This document shows, one piece after another, positions 17,386-26,766 of a stretch of 59,229 bases of DNA. Made by a program: the position numbers and the translations under genes. Numbering within the stretch: position 1 is the first letter of the stretch; the number at the start of each line of letters is the position of its first letter. The notes beneath the pieces are model-generated. The model was given only the letters and a program-made list of their open reading frames with translations, did no database searches and was not told the origin of the DNA. The DNA comes from a virus (lineage: Duplodnaviria > Caudoviricetes), in the IMG/VR virus record IMGVR_UViG_3300043502_000004, positions 1-59,229 of that record; one strand, written 5' to 3'.

Positions 17386-18071
17386 AATTTCCAAGTCGTA
17401 TGCCAGGGGAGATTCATATTCCATTTCACTTCCCCTTCAGCTAGACGGAGGAGCACTGGGAGGCTCAGTTGGTCCTGATGCGACCATTGTATCGTCTCGA
17501 TCCACCAGGCGTCGGACAGCTCCAGTACCCTCGGGGTATGGCGACGTACATTGGCCCCGGTGGCGATCAGACCCCACCCTGGTGGGTGGAACTGAGAGTA
17601 GAACTGGATCTGGGCCAGAATAGCTGGGCCGTCATAACGCCATGTCAGAGTGGCGGAGTACTCGCCCTCCGGGTAGATACAGGACCGGGTCGGGTGTGGA
17701 ACGCAGGCCCAGTCATCCGTGCCGAGAGCCTCAAGCCCGAGATCTACGTAGCGATCAGTTGTCACCTCCATGGACCCATCTATCCACATGGAAACGTCAA
17801 CATCGGGGCATGCCAGAGCGGGATGAGTCTTCCAGAACTTATGCGCCAGCATGGGACCCGTGATCTTCGGTTCACCCTTTACCGTAGCGACGTAGTGGGG
17901 GACGACTCTGACCTGCCACCCCTGGGCCTCAGCATCGAGACCCACCACTGGTGAGTCGGTGTAGAAGTAGCAGGGCACCCCGTCCGGGACCTTGGGGGCC
18001 GGCTTGACCCAGTCCGATTTGCCATAGACAGCGGTGTACAGAGCTACTTTGGGAGTATGAAGAGACTGCAC
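17352..18071 (-). CDS. DUF616 (TOD1/MUCI70-like) glycosyltransferase
   Basis: ALYTAVYG..D, FYTD, K..P, MWIDGS, HP.RSCIY.E, DQLSLP; start uncertain. Confidence 0.8.
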   Translation of the reverse strand: MQSLHTPKVALYTAVYGKSDWVKPAPKVPDGVPCYFYTDSPVVGLDAEAQGWQVRVVPHYVATVKGEPKITGPMLAHKFWKTHPALACPDVDVSMWIDGSMEVTTDRYVDLGLEALGTDDWACVPHPTRSCIYPEGEYSATLTWRYDGPAILAQIQFYSQFHPPGWGLIATGANVRRHTPRVLELSDAWWIETIQWSHQDQLSLPVLLRLAEGEVKWNMNLPWHTTWKLWEHGSVRPAQ

Positions 18072-18239
18072 CTGATCCTGACCTGGGGCTGGGTGCTGCT
18101 CATTGTGCCCACGGTCCTGTGGTGGAAGGAGAGCATCCTGTTCATCGGGATCGTGTCCGTCTACGCCAACGTGGTCAGCCACTGGACTGCCTACCAGGCC
18201 GCACGGGCAGAGAAGGCAGCGAGTAACCAGGACGAGTAA
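18057..18239 (+). CDS. small two-TM membrane protein
   Basis: TACTTT-6 nt-ATG; SVYANVVSHWTAYQAARA. Confidence 0.65.
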   Translation: MKRLHLILTWGWVLLIVPTVLWWKESILFIGIVSVYANVVSHWTAYQAARAEKAASNQDE

Positions 18240-18256
18240 CGGGTATCACCCCGGGC

Positions 18257-18406
18257 ATGGACATCCTCATCCTGGTACTCCTGATCCTTGGGGCCGTGCT
18301 GTTCGGCATCCGCATGTTCTATGGACAGCCCGCTGTCCGCCCCGACTTCCTAGCCGGTGGCCTACTCTGCTGGATCGTCGCCTATCTCCTGGAGCGCCTT
18401 GGCTAG
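18257..18406 (+). CDS. small two-TM membrane protein (49 aa, not in ORF track)
   Basis: MDILILVLLILGAVLFGIRMFYGQPAVRPDFLAGGLLCWIVAYLLERLG. Confidence 0.55.
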   Translation: MDILILVLLILGAVLFGIRMFYGQPAVRPDFLAGGLLCWIVAYLLERLG

Positions 18407-18604
18407 GAAGGTCCTCCGGCTGTTCTCCACGGCCAAGACGTACTCGGGGTCCCCAGGCTCTACGCCTGGGGACAGGGACAGCGCCTGTCCGTACGTGGTT
18501 CCCTCGTGTTCCAAGGTGAAGGAGACCGAGTAGTAGACGTTCTCCTCTCCTGACTCGTCGGTCCATGTACGCGGCCCCAGATCCTGGACCACAACCTCAT
18601 TCAC
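18362..18604 (-). CDS. acidic hypothetical protein
   Basis: SD GGAGGT before GTG 18604. Confidence 0.55.
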   Translation of the reverse strand: MNEVVVQDLGPRTWTDESGEENVYYSVSFTLEHEGTTYGQALSLSPGVEPGDPEYVLAVENSRRTFLAKALQEIGDDPAE

Positions 18605-18717
18605 CTTTGAACCTCCGTGTACTGACGATCCCGATGTCCCGGCGGACCGGGAATCCTTGGCTGCCGCAGACTGCTTGGCTTTGCACCGTGGACACCGGCA
18701 CTTCTTGCGGTACCTGC

Positions 18718-19536
18718 CTAGGCAGGCCGGTACCACTCCACAGTCTCCTGGATCTTGTCCCAGCTGAACTCGGGGTGCCACCCCACCATTTCCCATCCTT
18801 CTCCTTTCGCCACGATGTGCGTTTCTGGTTCCTCGCCCCGTCGCATAGGGAGATGCAGGAGCCCGGCTGTGTTCCCCGTGTACCGGTTGACGGCCCTGGC
18901 AATGGAGTTGACCGTTGTGGCCACCCCGGTGCCCGCGTCCAGGACCTCGTCGTCCCCGAAGACGCAGGCGTCCACCAGCATCCGGGCCACGTCGTCCACA
19001 TGAACCGCGTCCACAGTCTGGTTGCCGGAGCCCCAGATGGTCAGGGGCTCCCCGCGCCAGGCCTGTGTTGCCCACGTGGGGATGAACTTCTGCGGGTGTC
19101 CCGGCCCCACCTTCTGGCCTGGTCCGTAGGCGTTGAATGCCCGGACGTGGGAGACGGGCACCCCGAAGTTACGGTGCCACGCGGTGGCCAGCCTCAAGGC
19201 GCAGAGCTTGGTGGCCTGGTAGACGTTGGCCCAGGAACTGTCCGGCATGGTGATGCCCACAAAGCCTGCGTCATTCTTCTTGCACCACTCCAGGATCCGT
19301 AGCGTCCCCACTACGTTTGCCTCGACAGCGTCTTCGGCAGTGTCGAAGAGTTCATCTGTTCCCAGCATGCCGGCCATATGAATGACCGTCCCGGCGCCTT
19401 CGAGACCGCGGAGGTCCCCGAGGACATCGTTGCCGTCAGACCGGTCGAACCTCCACGCGGTGTGTCCCTGTAGCTCGGCGACACGGATGGTGGCAGCCCC
19501 GAGGAAGCCACCACCCCCGGTGATAGCGATCCTCAT
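18718..19536 (-). CDS. NAD-dependent nucleotide-sugar epimerase/dehydratase (extended SDR)
   Basis: TGGGGFLG, YQATK, FNAYGPGQ, GSGNQT.D.VHVDD. Confidence 0.92.
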   Translation of the reverse strand: MRIAITGGGGFLGAATIRVAELQGHTAWRFDRSDGNDVLGDLRGLEGAGTVIHMAGMLGTDELFDTAEDAVEANVVGTLRILEWCKKNDAGFVGITMPDSSWANVYQATKLCALRLATAWHRNFGVPVSHVRAFNAYGPGQKVGPGHPQKFIPTWATQAWRGEPLTIWGSGNQTVDAVHVDDVARMLVDACVFGDDEVLDAGTGVATTVNSIARAVNRYTGNTAGLLHLPMRRGEEPETHIVAKGEGWEMVGWHPEFSWDKIQETVEWYRPA

Positions 19537-20198
19537 CGGAGCTTCTCCAATACATGATCAGGATGTACCGCGTCGGTTCTGTTGAGGATAGTGCCCGGGA
19601 CTGGGCCTGCTTCCTCGAAGAATTCACGGATGTACTTCTTGTCGCTGTAGCGAGGCCCCAGGGACAAGGTGGGTTCTACGTTGAGCAGGACCATGGTGCC
19701 GGTGGGCCAGGTGTCCACCAGGATCGGCTTGGAGTTGATCAGGTGGGCCGCGTACATCTCACCGAGGATGAAGTAGCACTTCCATACATCCCCGGTCCAG
19801 TCCCCTGGTGGTTGTTCCCGGGCGGCGATGGCCTCGTTGTAGGGCAGGACATCGTCGAAGACGATGACACCCCCAGGGCGCATGTGCTTCTGCACGTTGA
19901 CATAGTCGACGACGGTGTCCTCGACCAGGTGTGACCCGTCAATGAAGGCCAGGTCGATCGGCTCAGTCAGGTGACCGTTGGCGAAGAACTCGTCCGAGGT
20001 CATGGTGTGCACCCTCTGATTGGGCAACTGGTTCTGCGGGGCGGCGAACAGCAACGGCTCCGGGTCGATCCCGTACGCCACCTGTGCCGCCTCGGCCAGG
20101 ACCAGAGAACTCCCGTACTGGACCCCGATCTCCAGGTACACCTTCGGTTGCAGCACCTTGTGCAGAGCGGCCAGGAACTCGTGCCTACTTATAGCCAT
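19533..20198 (-). CDS. class I SAM-dependent methyltransferase (Methyltransf_24-like)
   Basis: YLEIGVQYGSS, DLAFIDGSH, PGGVIVFDD, WTGDVWK. Confidence 0.9.
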   Translation of the reverse strand: MAISRHEFLAALHKVLQPKVYLEIGVQYGSSLVLAEAAQVAYGIDPEPLLFAAPQNQLPNQRVHTMTSDEFFANGHLTEPIDLAFIDGSHLVEDTVVDYVNVQKHMRPGGVIVFDDVLPYNEAIAAREQPPGDWTGDVWKCYFILGEMYAAHLINSKPILVDTWPTGTMVLLNVEPTLSLGPRYSDKKYIREFFEEAGPVPGTILNRTDAVHPDHVLEKLR

Positions 20199-20302
20199 CC
20201 GAAGATCACGCCCCCACAGATACAGCACATGAGAAAGAGAAGACCAATGGAGAACCAGAGCAGTATGTAGACCAAGGGGCTCGGCTTCTGATCCGTTACC
20301 AC
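20189..20302 (-). CDS. small membrane peptide (37 aa, not in ORF track)
   Basis: MVTDQKPSPLVYILLWFSIGLLFLMCCICGGVIFGWL; fills the gap and overlaps both neighbours. Confidence 0.45.
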   Translation of the reverse strand: MVTDQKPSPLVYILLWFSIGLLFLMCCICGGVIFGWL

Positions 20303-20970
20303 GGGCGCCCAGACCACTTGTCCACGTAGCGCTGCATGTCCCCCGGGATAGCAGCAGCCAGCACGTCATTGACCTGACCATTGGGGTACAGGTGATTCAC
20401 CGGGAATCCGGGGACCATAACCATTCCTCCGGCAATGGCGGCTCGTCTTCCCAGGTCGTCATCCCCGCAGTACCAGGCGAACTGTTCATCCGCTCGGAGC
20501 CCCAACTCCCCAGCAAGGATGAATGCAAAACCCTGCATCCGCGTCGCCAGAGGAGGTGCCTGGTTCTGAGTGTGTAGAACGGGCATACTGTGGCCGCCGG
20601 AGCAGCCGGCGGCAACACCCATCTGTCTGATGGTTCCGGAGACGGCATCGAACCATCCTTCCGGGACAATGGCGTCGTCGTTGATGACGGCGACATCCCA
20701 CTTTGGACTACGGGGAGGCTTACGGTCCGGGTCATACTCCGCCAGCTCTAGGCCTTTGTTCCACCACCGGGAGATGTTCGGATCCTCCGGCCCGACGAAG
20801 CCGAGGGAGAAATTGCCGGGGAACTTGCGGTCTGTGTCCCACAGACTCCCCGCACCACTGCCGGTGTAGATGACGTACACCCAGTCCACCTGGGGAGCGA
20901 TGGCGGCAACGCTGTCCCAGAGACAGTCGCGCCCGTTGCTGGGGATCACGGCGTAGCGGGGGATCCTCAT
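20296..20970 (-). CDS. GT-A fold (GT2-like) glycosyltransferase
   Basis: AVIPS.GR, WNKGL, VAVINDDA, DE.F.WY.GDDDL, V.H. Confidence 0.85.
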   Translation of the reverse strand: MRIPRYAVIPSNGRDCLWDSVAAIAPQVDWVYVIYTGSGAGSLWDTDRKFPGNFSLGFVGPEDPNISRWWNKGLELAEYDPDRKPPRSPKWDVAVINDDAIVPEGWFDAVSGTIRQMGVAAGCSGGHSMPVLHTQNQAPPLATRMQGFAFILAGELGLRADEQFAWYCGDDDLGRRAAIAGGMVMVPGFPVNHLYPNGQVNDVLAAAIPGDMQRYVDKWSGRPW

Positions 20971-21146
20971 GCCTTGCTCCGGTGGTGGGGGTTGGCACAG
21001 CTGTGGGTGTAGCAGTACAGGGACCCGGCCTCGAAGCGACAGCGCCTGTGATCACTACTGTCACACCGGGGACAGGGGGGCAGGATCTGTTCCAGCTTCC
21101 GGAACAGGTCCAGGCGGGTGGGGGCCAGATCAGTCACCGTGCTCAT
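20967..21146 (-). CDS. small Cys/His-rich protein
   Basis: CPRC...C...YC...C.NPHH; coupled. Confidence 0.6.
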   Translation of the reverse strand: MSTVTDLAPTRLDLFRKLEQILPPCPRCDSSDHRRCRFEAGSLYCYTHSCANPHHRSKA

Positions 21147-21342
21147 CGCAGCCAGCACCGAACCCTCCGCCTATGAGTTGGATGGCCTGGCTGGGGGTCA
21201 GACCCCACTCGATAGCCTGATGGAACAACGTGATGCACGTTTCCTCGTTGTGGGAGTGCCACCACTTCTCGGGTTCAGATGGTCCGTCGTCGAACCTGTT
21301 GCAGATCAGGGCGCGGGCCTCGTCGTAGGTGTACTCATCCAC
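21130..21342 (-). CDS. hypothetical protein
   Basis: GTG overlapping the upstream stop. Confidence 0.5.
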   Translation of the reverse strand: MDEYTYDEARALICNRFDDGPSEPEKWWHSHNEETCITLFHQAIEWGLTPSQAIQLIGGGFGAGCDEHGD

Positions 21343-22393
21343 GTTGGATCTCCACCGCTCGGGTCCACGCTTCCAGCCAACGCCACGCGTTGGCCTCGTA
21401 CGTCTGTGTAACCATGTAGCCCTTCCCAGCCTCGGCCTGCTCTTTGCGGAGCACGTCATCGGTGAGGAGCCGGGTGAGGTGGGCGTACCACTGCTTCGGG
21501 GTGTCGGCCAGGAATCCGCACCCAGACTCCTTCTGGAGGCGACGATACTCCGCACGGGGGGAGGCTACCCAGGGGACCCCGGCAGCCATGCACTCGATGC
21601 CTTTGAGTCGGGACTTGGATGTGTTGAAAGCGGTGGGAGCCAAGGGAACCATGCCCACATCCATGGTTGTCCCCAGAGTCTTGATCCAGTTCTCCAGTCC
21701 TACCGTGCCGGTACAGATCGGGTCCTCGGTGAGCCTCAGGTTCTGCTTCACCTTCGAAGGGCCCCCCACCACCCGGAACTGGTGACCCTCCGCTGTCATC
21801 CGTCGCACCACGTCACCGGTCACCTGGAGATCGTTGGGGTGGGACAGGGTGGTCCCGGCCCAGCCAAAGCATCCGGACTCCTCAGTCGGATAGGTGAGCG
21901 TGACCGCTGGGACGTAGTTGTCCAGCACCATCCCCCGACCATGGGGAGCGTAGATCCGCTGCAACGGGGTGGTGGAGGTGGTGACCAGGGTGGCCAGCTT
22001 GCAGGACTCGATCGCCCACTTCCAGGAGTAATCGGTCCCGTTGTTGTGTCGGTAGGCCCGGTAGGCGACGTTGTCCGGATGGATCGAGGACATGTCGTCG
22101 TCCATGTCCACGACCACGGCTACCCCCCGGGACCGCAGGAAGGTGATCAGTTCCTGCTGGCGTCGGTGGGCGGCCCGTTGAATGACAATGACATCCGCGC
22201 CGGGTGGGATCTGGACGTCAACGATCCGGTCGGTCCCATCCGCCTGTTCCTCCACCTTGATGACGAAGCCGGACTCTTTCATCGGGGGCATGATGACCAC
22301 ATCATGCCCCTGTTTCCGTAACGCGTCGGCGGGCCAGATGAGTCGGTAATGCCCGCAGCCCTGATTGTCAGCAGGGAAGACGTAGACCTTCAA
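21335..22393 (-). CDS. GT-B fold (GT4-like) glycosyltransferase
   Basis: GCGHYRL..P, DMDDD, GWAG...H..DL, FN.SKS.LK.IE..AAGVP.VASP. Confidence 0.88.
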   Translation of the reverse strand: MKVYVFPADNQGCGHYRLIWPADALRKQGHDVVIMPPMKESGFVIKVEEQADGTDRIVDVQIPPGADVIVIQRAAHRRQQELITFLRSRGVAVVVDMDDDMSSIHPDNVAYRAYRHNNGTDYSWKWAIESCKLATLVTTSTTPLQRIYAPHGRGMVLDNYVPAVTLTYPTEESGCFGWAGTTLSHPNDLQVTGDVVRRMTAEGHQFRVVGGPSKVKQNLRLTEDPICTGTVGLENWIKTLGTTMDVGMVPLAPTAFNTSKSRLKGIECMAAGVPWVASPRAEYRRLQKESGCGFLADTPKQWYAHLTRLLTDDVLRKEQAEAGKGYMVTQTYEANAWRWLEAWTRAVEIQRG

Positions 22394-22403
22394 TGGCCCG
22401 CTC

Positions 22404-23078
22404 CTATTGGAAGATCTGATAGACGAAGCTGGTACCTACTGCCCGTGTGGCAATGCCGCCAGTGGCCAGGGACTTGATGCCAATCATCTGGAACGTATGC
22501 GTCCCTGCCGTCAAGGTGCCGTGCCACGTATGAGCCAATGAATAGCGGTTACCGCTGGCATTGGTCTGGAAGATGATCTGCTCGGTGAGTCCGACGCCGT
22601 CAATCTGTAGAGCCACTGCCACCAGGTTGTTGGTGCCGGCGGTGAAGTAGTCAATGTCCGCGTTGCCGGTGATGATGTATTCGCCCGCAGACTTCAGGGC
22701 CAGTGACGTCAGTGGCGTAACAGCCTGGGCCGAAGTGGTCAGAGTGACGTCAACGAGGGAGTTGGTTTCCCCTCGGAACGTCGTTGTCGTCTTCAGAGTG
22801 AACGGAGACCCCGGCAGGCGACCGATGACATAGTTCCCGCCGGGGGGGATCTGCAACATCATCACTCGGTCGGTGGGGACGGCAGTGCCGATGAGGGAAA
22901 CGCACCCGACCGGGACATCGTCCCCGTCGTAGATGACCGTGGCTGACAGGCTGCTGGTCTCTACGGTCGACACAGTGGCGGGACGAAGGGTCCAGGTCAG
23001 GCCCAGTGACTTGGCCCGGTCCACCACTGCTGCCGCCTGTATAGCCAGCAGCTCGGGAAGCGCCTGCTCGTCGGTCAT
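22404..23078 (-). CDS. minor tail / fibre-like protein
   Basis: Last tail-module gene; N-terminal baseplate-like segment, beta-rich C-terminus. Confidence 0.7.
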   Translation of the reverse strand: MTDEQALPELLAIQAAAVVDRAKSLGLTWTLRPATVSTVETSSLSATVIYDGDDVPVGCVSLIGTAVPTDRVMMLQIPPGGNYVIGRLPGSPFTLKTTTTFRGETNSLVDVTLTTSAQAVTPLTSLALKSAGEYIITGNADIDYFTAGTNNLVAVALQIDGVGLTEQIIFQTNASGNRYSLAHTWHGTLTAGTHTFQMIGIKSLATGGIATRAVGTSFVYQIFQ

Positions 23079-24163
23079 GAGTACGCCCTCCGCAGGGAGT
23101 GGGTCATGGCGCCGCCAGCAGACAGGTTCATCGTCCAGGCCACCTCCAGCCACTTCTCCCCGAGCCACTGGACCACGTTGTACGAGTCGTGGCGAGGGTC
23201 AGGAGCGCTACTGAGGGCCGTCTCCAGGAATACGGTCTGACGGTTGGCCAGATTCTGTGCGATGGCGGCAGCGGTCTGGGAGTCGGGGACCTGGAGGTCC
23301 TGCACCTCGGTGATATAGAAGCCACGGTTGGAGAACGAGTAGGGCGCGGAGGGTGGCACGTCAGCGATGCCCACCACCGCGTTCGCGGTTTCAGTGGCGG
23401 CATTGGAGACGACCATGAACCGGTTGGGGGCGGTGAGGATGTTGGAGGCGCCGGAGATGGAGCCGCGGACCACCTTCCCGCCGAAGTCAAAGTCGAAGTC
23501 CAGAACAGAATCGGCGGCGGCAAAGGATCGGACGAAGCGCATGGTGCCGTTGTTGTCGAACCAGGGACTGAAGTAGTCACCAGCCAGTGCCAGCGCCTCC
23601 AGGAGCTGACCCCGACCGGTCCCGATAGTCCAGGCCTGGGTCGCATTGAAGGGGCTCGGCTCCATTTGTACAGTGATCGGCAAGTTCTCCAGCGTGTCCA
23701 AGATGACGTCCTGGACCGAAATGTCGACGGCATTGATCCCTTGCTGGATCTGCTGATCCACCAGGAACATCTCGTCAGCGAGGACTGTGGTTCCCAGCTC
23801 GGCCGACGTGAAGATCTGACGCCTGTCATCGGTGAACATGTACCGACCCAGTGGGTACTCGGTCCCGTCTGACATCACCATGAACAGGTTGATGCGATCG
23901 GTGAGGGGTTCAATGATCGCTGTGTCCGCCCCGCCCAGGCCCATGGACAGCTGACGTTTGATGGTGCGACTCGTGTCATGGGACAGCGACCCACCCCGTA
24001 TCGGGGTGATGTCCCCCAACTGTTCCCCGGTCACTCCATTGGACCGAGCGAACCGGAAACTAGCCGCCCGCTGCCCTACCCACGGGACCAGGTCCAGCTT
24101 CGGGTCCCGGGGGATGGTGAGCAACGGTCCGCTCGTGAACGGGGGGTTGAGAAACTGGGTCAC
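23075..24163 (-). CDS. minor tail protein
   Basis: Synteny; EYPLG.Y, PNR.MV, DPRH..Y.VV. Confidence 0.8.
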   Translation of the reverse strand: MTQFLNPPFTSGPLLTIPRDPKLDLVPWVGQRAASFRFARSNGVTGEQLGDITPIRGGSLSHDTSRTIKRQLSMGLGGADTAIIEPLTDRINLFMVMSDGTEYPLGRYMFTDDRRQIFTSAELGTTVLADEMFLVDQQIQQGINAVDISVQDVILDTLENLPITVQMEPSPFNATQAWTIGTGRGQLLEALALAGDYFSPWFDNNGTMRFVRSFAAADSVLDFDFDFGGKVVRGSISGASNILTAPNRFMVVSNAATETANAVVGIADVPPSAPYSFSNRGFYITEVQDLQVPDSQTAAAIAQNLANRQTVFLETALSSAPDPRHDSYNVVQWLGEKWLEVAWTMNLSAGGAMTHSLRRAYS

Positions 24164-26757
24164 AGCACCACCTGGCTTGAAGTGGCGGTGACCTCAATGA
24201 TCTGCACCTGGGCTCGGTAAATGCGGCGATGGTTCACGACCCGACCGGAGGGGACACTCACGCTGGCCAGCCACTTGTTACCCTCCTCATCCCGCACACA
24301 GATGTAGGACACGTCATTCCAGGCCATGTCCCGCAGGGACCGGAAGTCACCCAGGGTCGGCGGTGAGATGGCGGCAGCCTGGATCAGGACGTCACGGCTG
24401 AACTGCTCCCCACCTCGCTCCAGTGGCTTGAAGGCAACGAAGAAGTCCCGGTCGTACATGGCCTGGAGGACGGTGAATCCCGCCTCGGCGAAGGAGAATC
24501 CCTCCTCCACGCGGTCGTCCCATACGGACGAGTAGGCCAGGTTGCTGGAGCCGTTCTGGACCTCATTGGTAGTGAAGATGAGGACGTGACCGCCCGTGGT
24601 GCAGCCACCTGTGATCCCTGGCGAGGTCATGGTGATGGTCTGGGTGGATGACCAGTCTCCATAGAACCCGTAGGAATTGATCTCGCGTATCCGGTACGAG
24701 GACAAGATGCCTGGTCGGGTCTCGTAGTCGTTGAACCCGGACACGGTGGGTCCAGCCATCATGATGGTCTGCCAGCTCGTGTCGATGGTGTCCATGCGCT
24801 GCAACTCGTAGAACCAGGAGGAGCTGGAGCCGACCGAGCCCAGGGTCCAGGTGAGTCGGTTGTAGAAGATCCCGCTCGGAATGCAACACGGGTTGATCCC
24901 GCAGTTCTGACCGATACCAGTGACCGCCTGGGTCAACTGGGACAGGGTGAACCCGGACACCGGGGGCATGTCCTGGCTGAAGATGAGGACCCCATCTGAA
25001 GACGGGTCGTCCGTGGTGGCTGTGACCGGTGGCGCGTAGCCCGTGATCCAGCCCAGGTTGACCGTGGAGCCTACTGTCGGGGCACCATAGGTCGCCGTGT
25101 CCAGCCGCTGCGTGCTGGGGACCACGAGGTTGTAGAGGTTGCCAGCGATACCGGACAGCGCCGGAGCAACGGCGCCCAACACTTCCCACCGATTACCGGC
25201 CGTCTCCCCGGCGGCAGACCAGCGCCAGGTGGGAGTGAGACCCAGGCCCATGCTGGGAGGGGTGGCGGTGGGGAACCGCTTCGTGATCTCTTTCCAGCCA
25301 TCCAGGATCTCCGGCAGTGCGTCCCACTCGGCCGGGGTCAGGGTGACCGCGATACCACTCCCGGACACGGTGGGGCTGGTGGAGTCCAGGCGCAGGGACA
25401 CCGTGGTGTCGCCGAAGCGGCGGGCGTACCAGCGCACCCAGGGGAAGGGACGGTTGGTGCCGATGACCGAGTCCAGGATCTCCTGGGTGGCGGTGACGGT
25501 GCCGTACACCTGGGCAATGGCCTGGCGACCATACGCATGGGGCTCCGTCAGGGTGCCACCGGAGGCATGCAGGGAGATCTGGGGCAGAACCTGGATCGTC
25601 TCGCTCGTCAGCGTCTGGTCTATGGCCGTGTCGTCCATGGGGAACGGGATGTTGACCTGAACCCCAGGGTGGCTGGAGATCGGATACAACTGCCGTTCTG
25701 CATTGAGGAGTGGATAGTCTGAGCTGCTGGTGAAGCCCCACTCACTCCCACCCACGAAGGGGGACGTGAGGACGACACTGTAGTCACCGGCGGCCAGGAC
25801 TGGATTGGAGGCGTACGCCATGGTCCGCATCGGAATGATGTTGGCGCCTACCTGGCTCTTGCGCTGCAAAGAGTTGGAGCCACCCAGGCAAATAGCGCCG
25901 AAGGCTAGCCGTTGCTCCTCGCAGTAGAAGATTTCCAAGGCGGCGTAGTAGAAGAACAGACTCGCCCCGGCGGGAGCCCCATAGTTGGCGCCAAGGGCAA
26001 CGGTAATGAAGAGGAGTGGTGCCGTGCCTCCAATGTCCAGGCGCTTGAGCTGGTCCCAGGTCCAATGCATCCGGTCACCAGTGGTGACGGGACTGTTGGC
26101 CGTCCAGAAGGGGTTGATCTCTCCCAGCGGAGCCCGGGTAATGGAATCGTCAGCGTTGGACCGTAGGCGCTCGTAGAACACGTAGTTGCTGACCAGGCTC
26201 TGGCTGAACTCCGTGGTCATAGCAACGATGGTTCCGCCACCGATGCCAGCGCCAGGGCCTACCAGGTTGTCGCTACCATCCACCGAATAGAGGAAGTTAA
26301 CTCCCAGGATTCGCTTGCCATTCAACTGGGGATAGCGGGACGTGTTGAACTGCATTCGAATGCCATGGGTGTTGATGGCATCGGTGGTGAAAGAGACGCC
26401 TCCCTGATACTGGGACGGCACAACCAGGCGACCGGTCACGTCACCGCTGGGGTTTCCGCCAGTGCAGATGGCAGAACTCACCGGAATCACTACCGATTTG
26501 ATAGGTCCCGATTCATTCTCCTTGCCCCGCTGATACACGGCGATGCCCATGTGCTGACCCAGGTCACTCATGGGAGGAATGTCGGTGGGCCTATCGGTGT
26601 AGTAGCGACCGTCTTGCAGCACCCGAGATGTCGCCAGGGTGAACCCGTGCCCGGCCTCGATGAAGTTGGTAGCCGGCGACAGCTCCAACTTCTCGTCCCG
26701 GATCGGGACCCACTCCTCGCCCAGGATGATGGGCGTGTTCGGGTTGTAGTTACCCAT
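24160..26757 (-). CDS. large minor tail protein
   Basis: Follows tape measure; Ser/Thr/Gly-rich with FN3-like C-terminal segment. Confidence 0.8.
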   Translation of the reverse strand: MGNYNPNTPIILGEEWVPIRDEKLELSPATNFIEAGHGFTLATSRVLQDGRYYTDRPTDIPPMSDLGQHMGIAVYQRGKENESGPIKSVVIPVSSAICTGGNPSGDVTGRLVVPSQYQGGVSFTTDAINTHGIRMQFNTSRYPQLNGKRILGVNFLYSVDGSDNLVGPGAGIGGGTIVAMTTEFSQSLVSNYVFYERLRSNADDSITRAPLGEINPFWTANSPVTTGDRMHWTWDQLKRLDIGGTAPLLFITVALGANYGAPAGASLFFYYAALEIFYCEEQRLAFGAICLGGSNSLQRKSQVGANIIPMRTMAYASNPVLAAGDYSVVLTSPFVGGSEWGFTSSSDYPLLNAERQLYPISSHPGVQVNIPFPMDDTAIDQTLTSETIQVLPQISLHASGGTLTEPHAYGRQAIAQVYGTVTATQEILDSVIGTNRPFPWVRWYARRFGDTTVSLRLDSTSPTVSGSGIAVTLTPAEWDALPEILDGWKEITKRFPTATPPSMGLGLTPTWRWSAAGETAGNRWEVLGAVAPALSGIAGNLYNLVVPSTQRLDTATYGAPTVGSTVNLGWITGYAPPVTATTDDPSSDGVLIFSQDMPPVSGFTLSQLTQAVTGIGQNCGINPCCIPSGIFYNRLTWTLGSVGSSSSWFYELQRMDTIDTSWQTIMMAGPTVSGFNDYETRPGILSSYRIREINSYGFYGDWSSTQTITMTSPGITGGCTTGGHVLIFTTNEVQNGSSNLAYSSVWDDRVEEGFSFAEAGFTVLQAMYDRDFFVAFKPLERGGEQFSRDVLIQAAAISPPTLGDFRSLRDMAWNDVSYICVRDEEGNKWLASVSVPSGRVVNHRRIYRAQVQIIEVTATSSQVVL

Positions 26758-26766
26758 CTATGTCCC

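Noticed and set aside
18605-18740. YRKKCRCPRCK N-terminal extension of ORF 18362
   Set aside because: A clear SD and GTG at 18604 explain the gene; the extension may be a relic but cannot be supported
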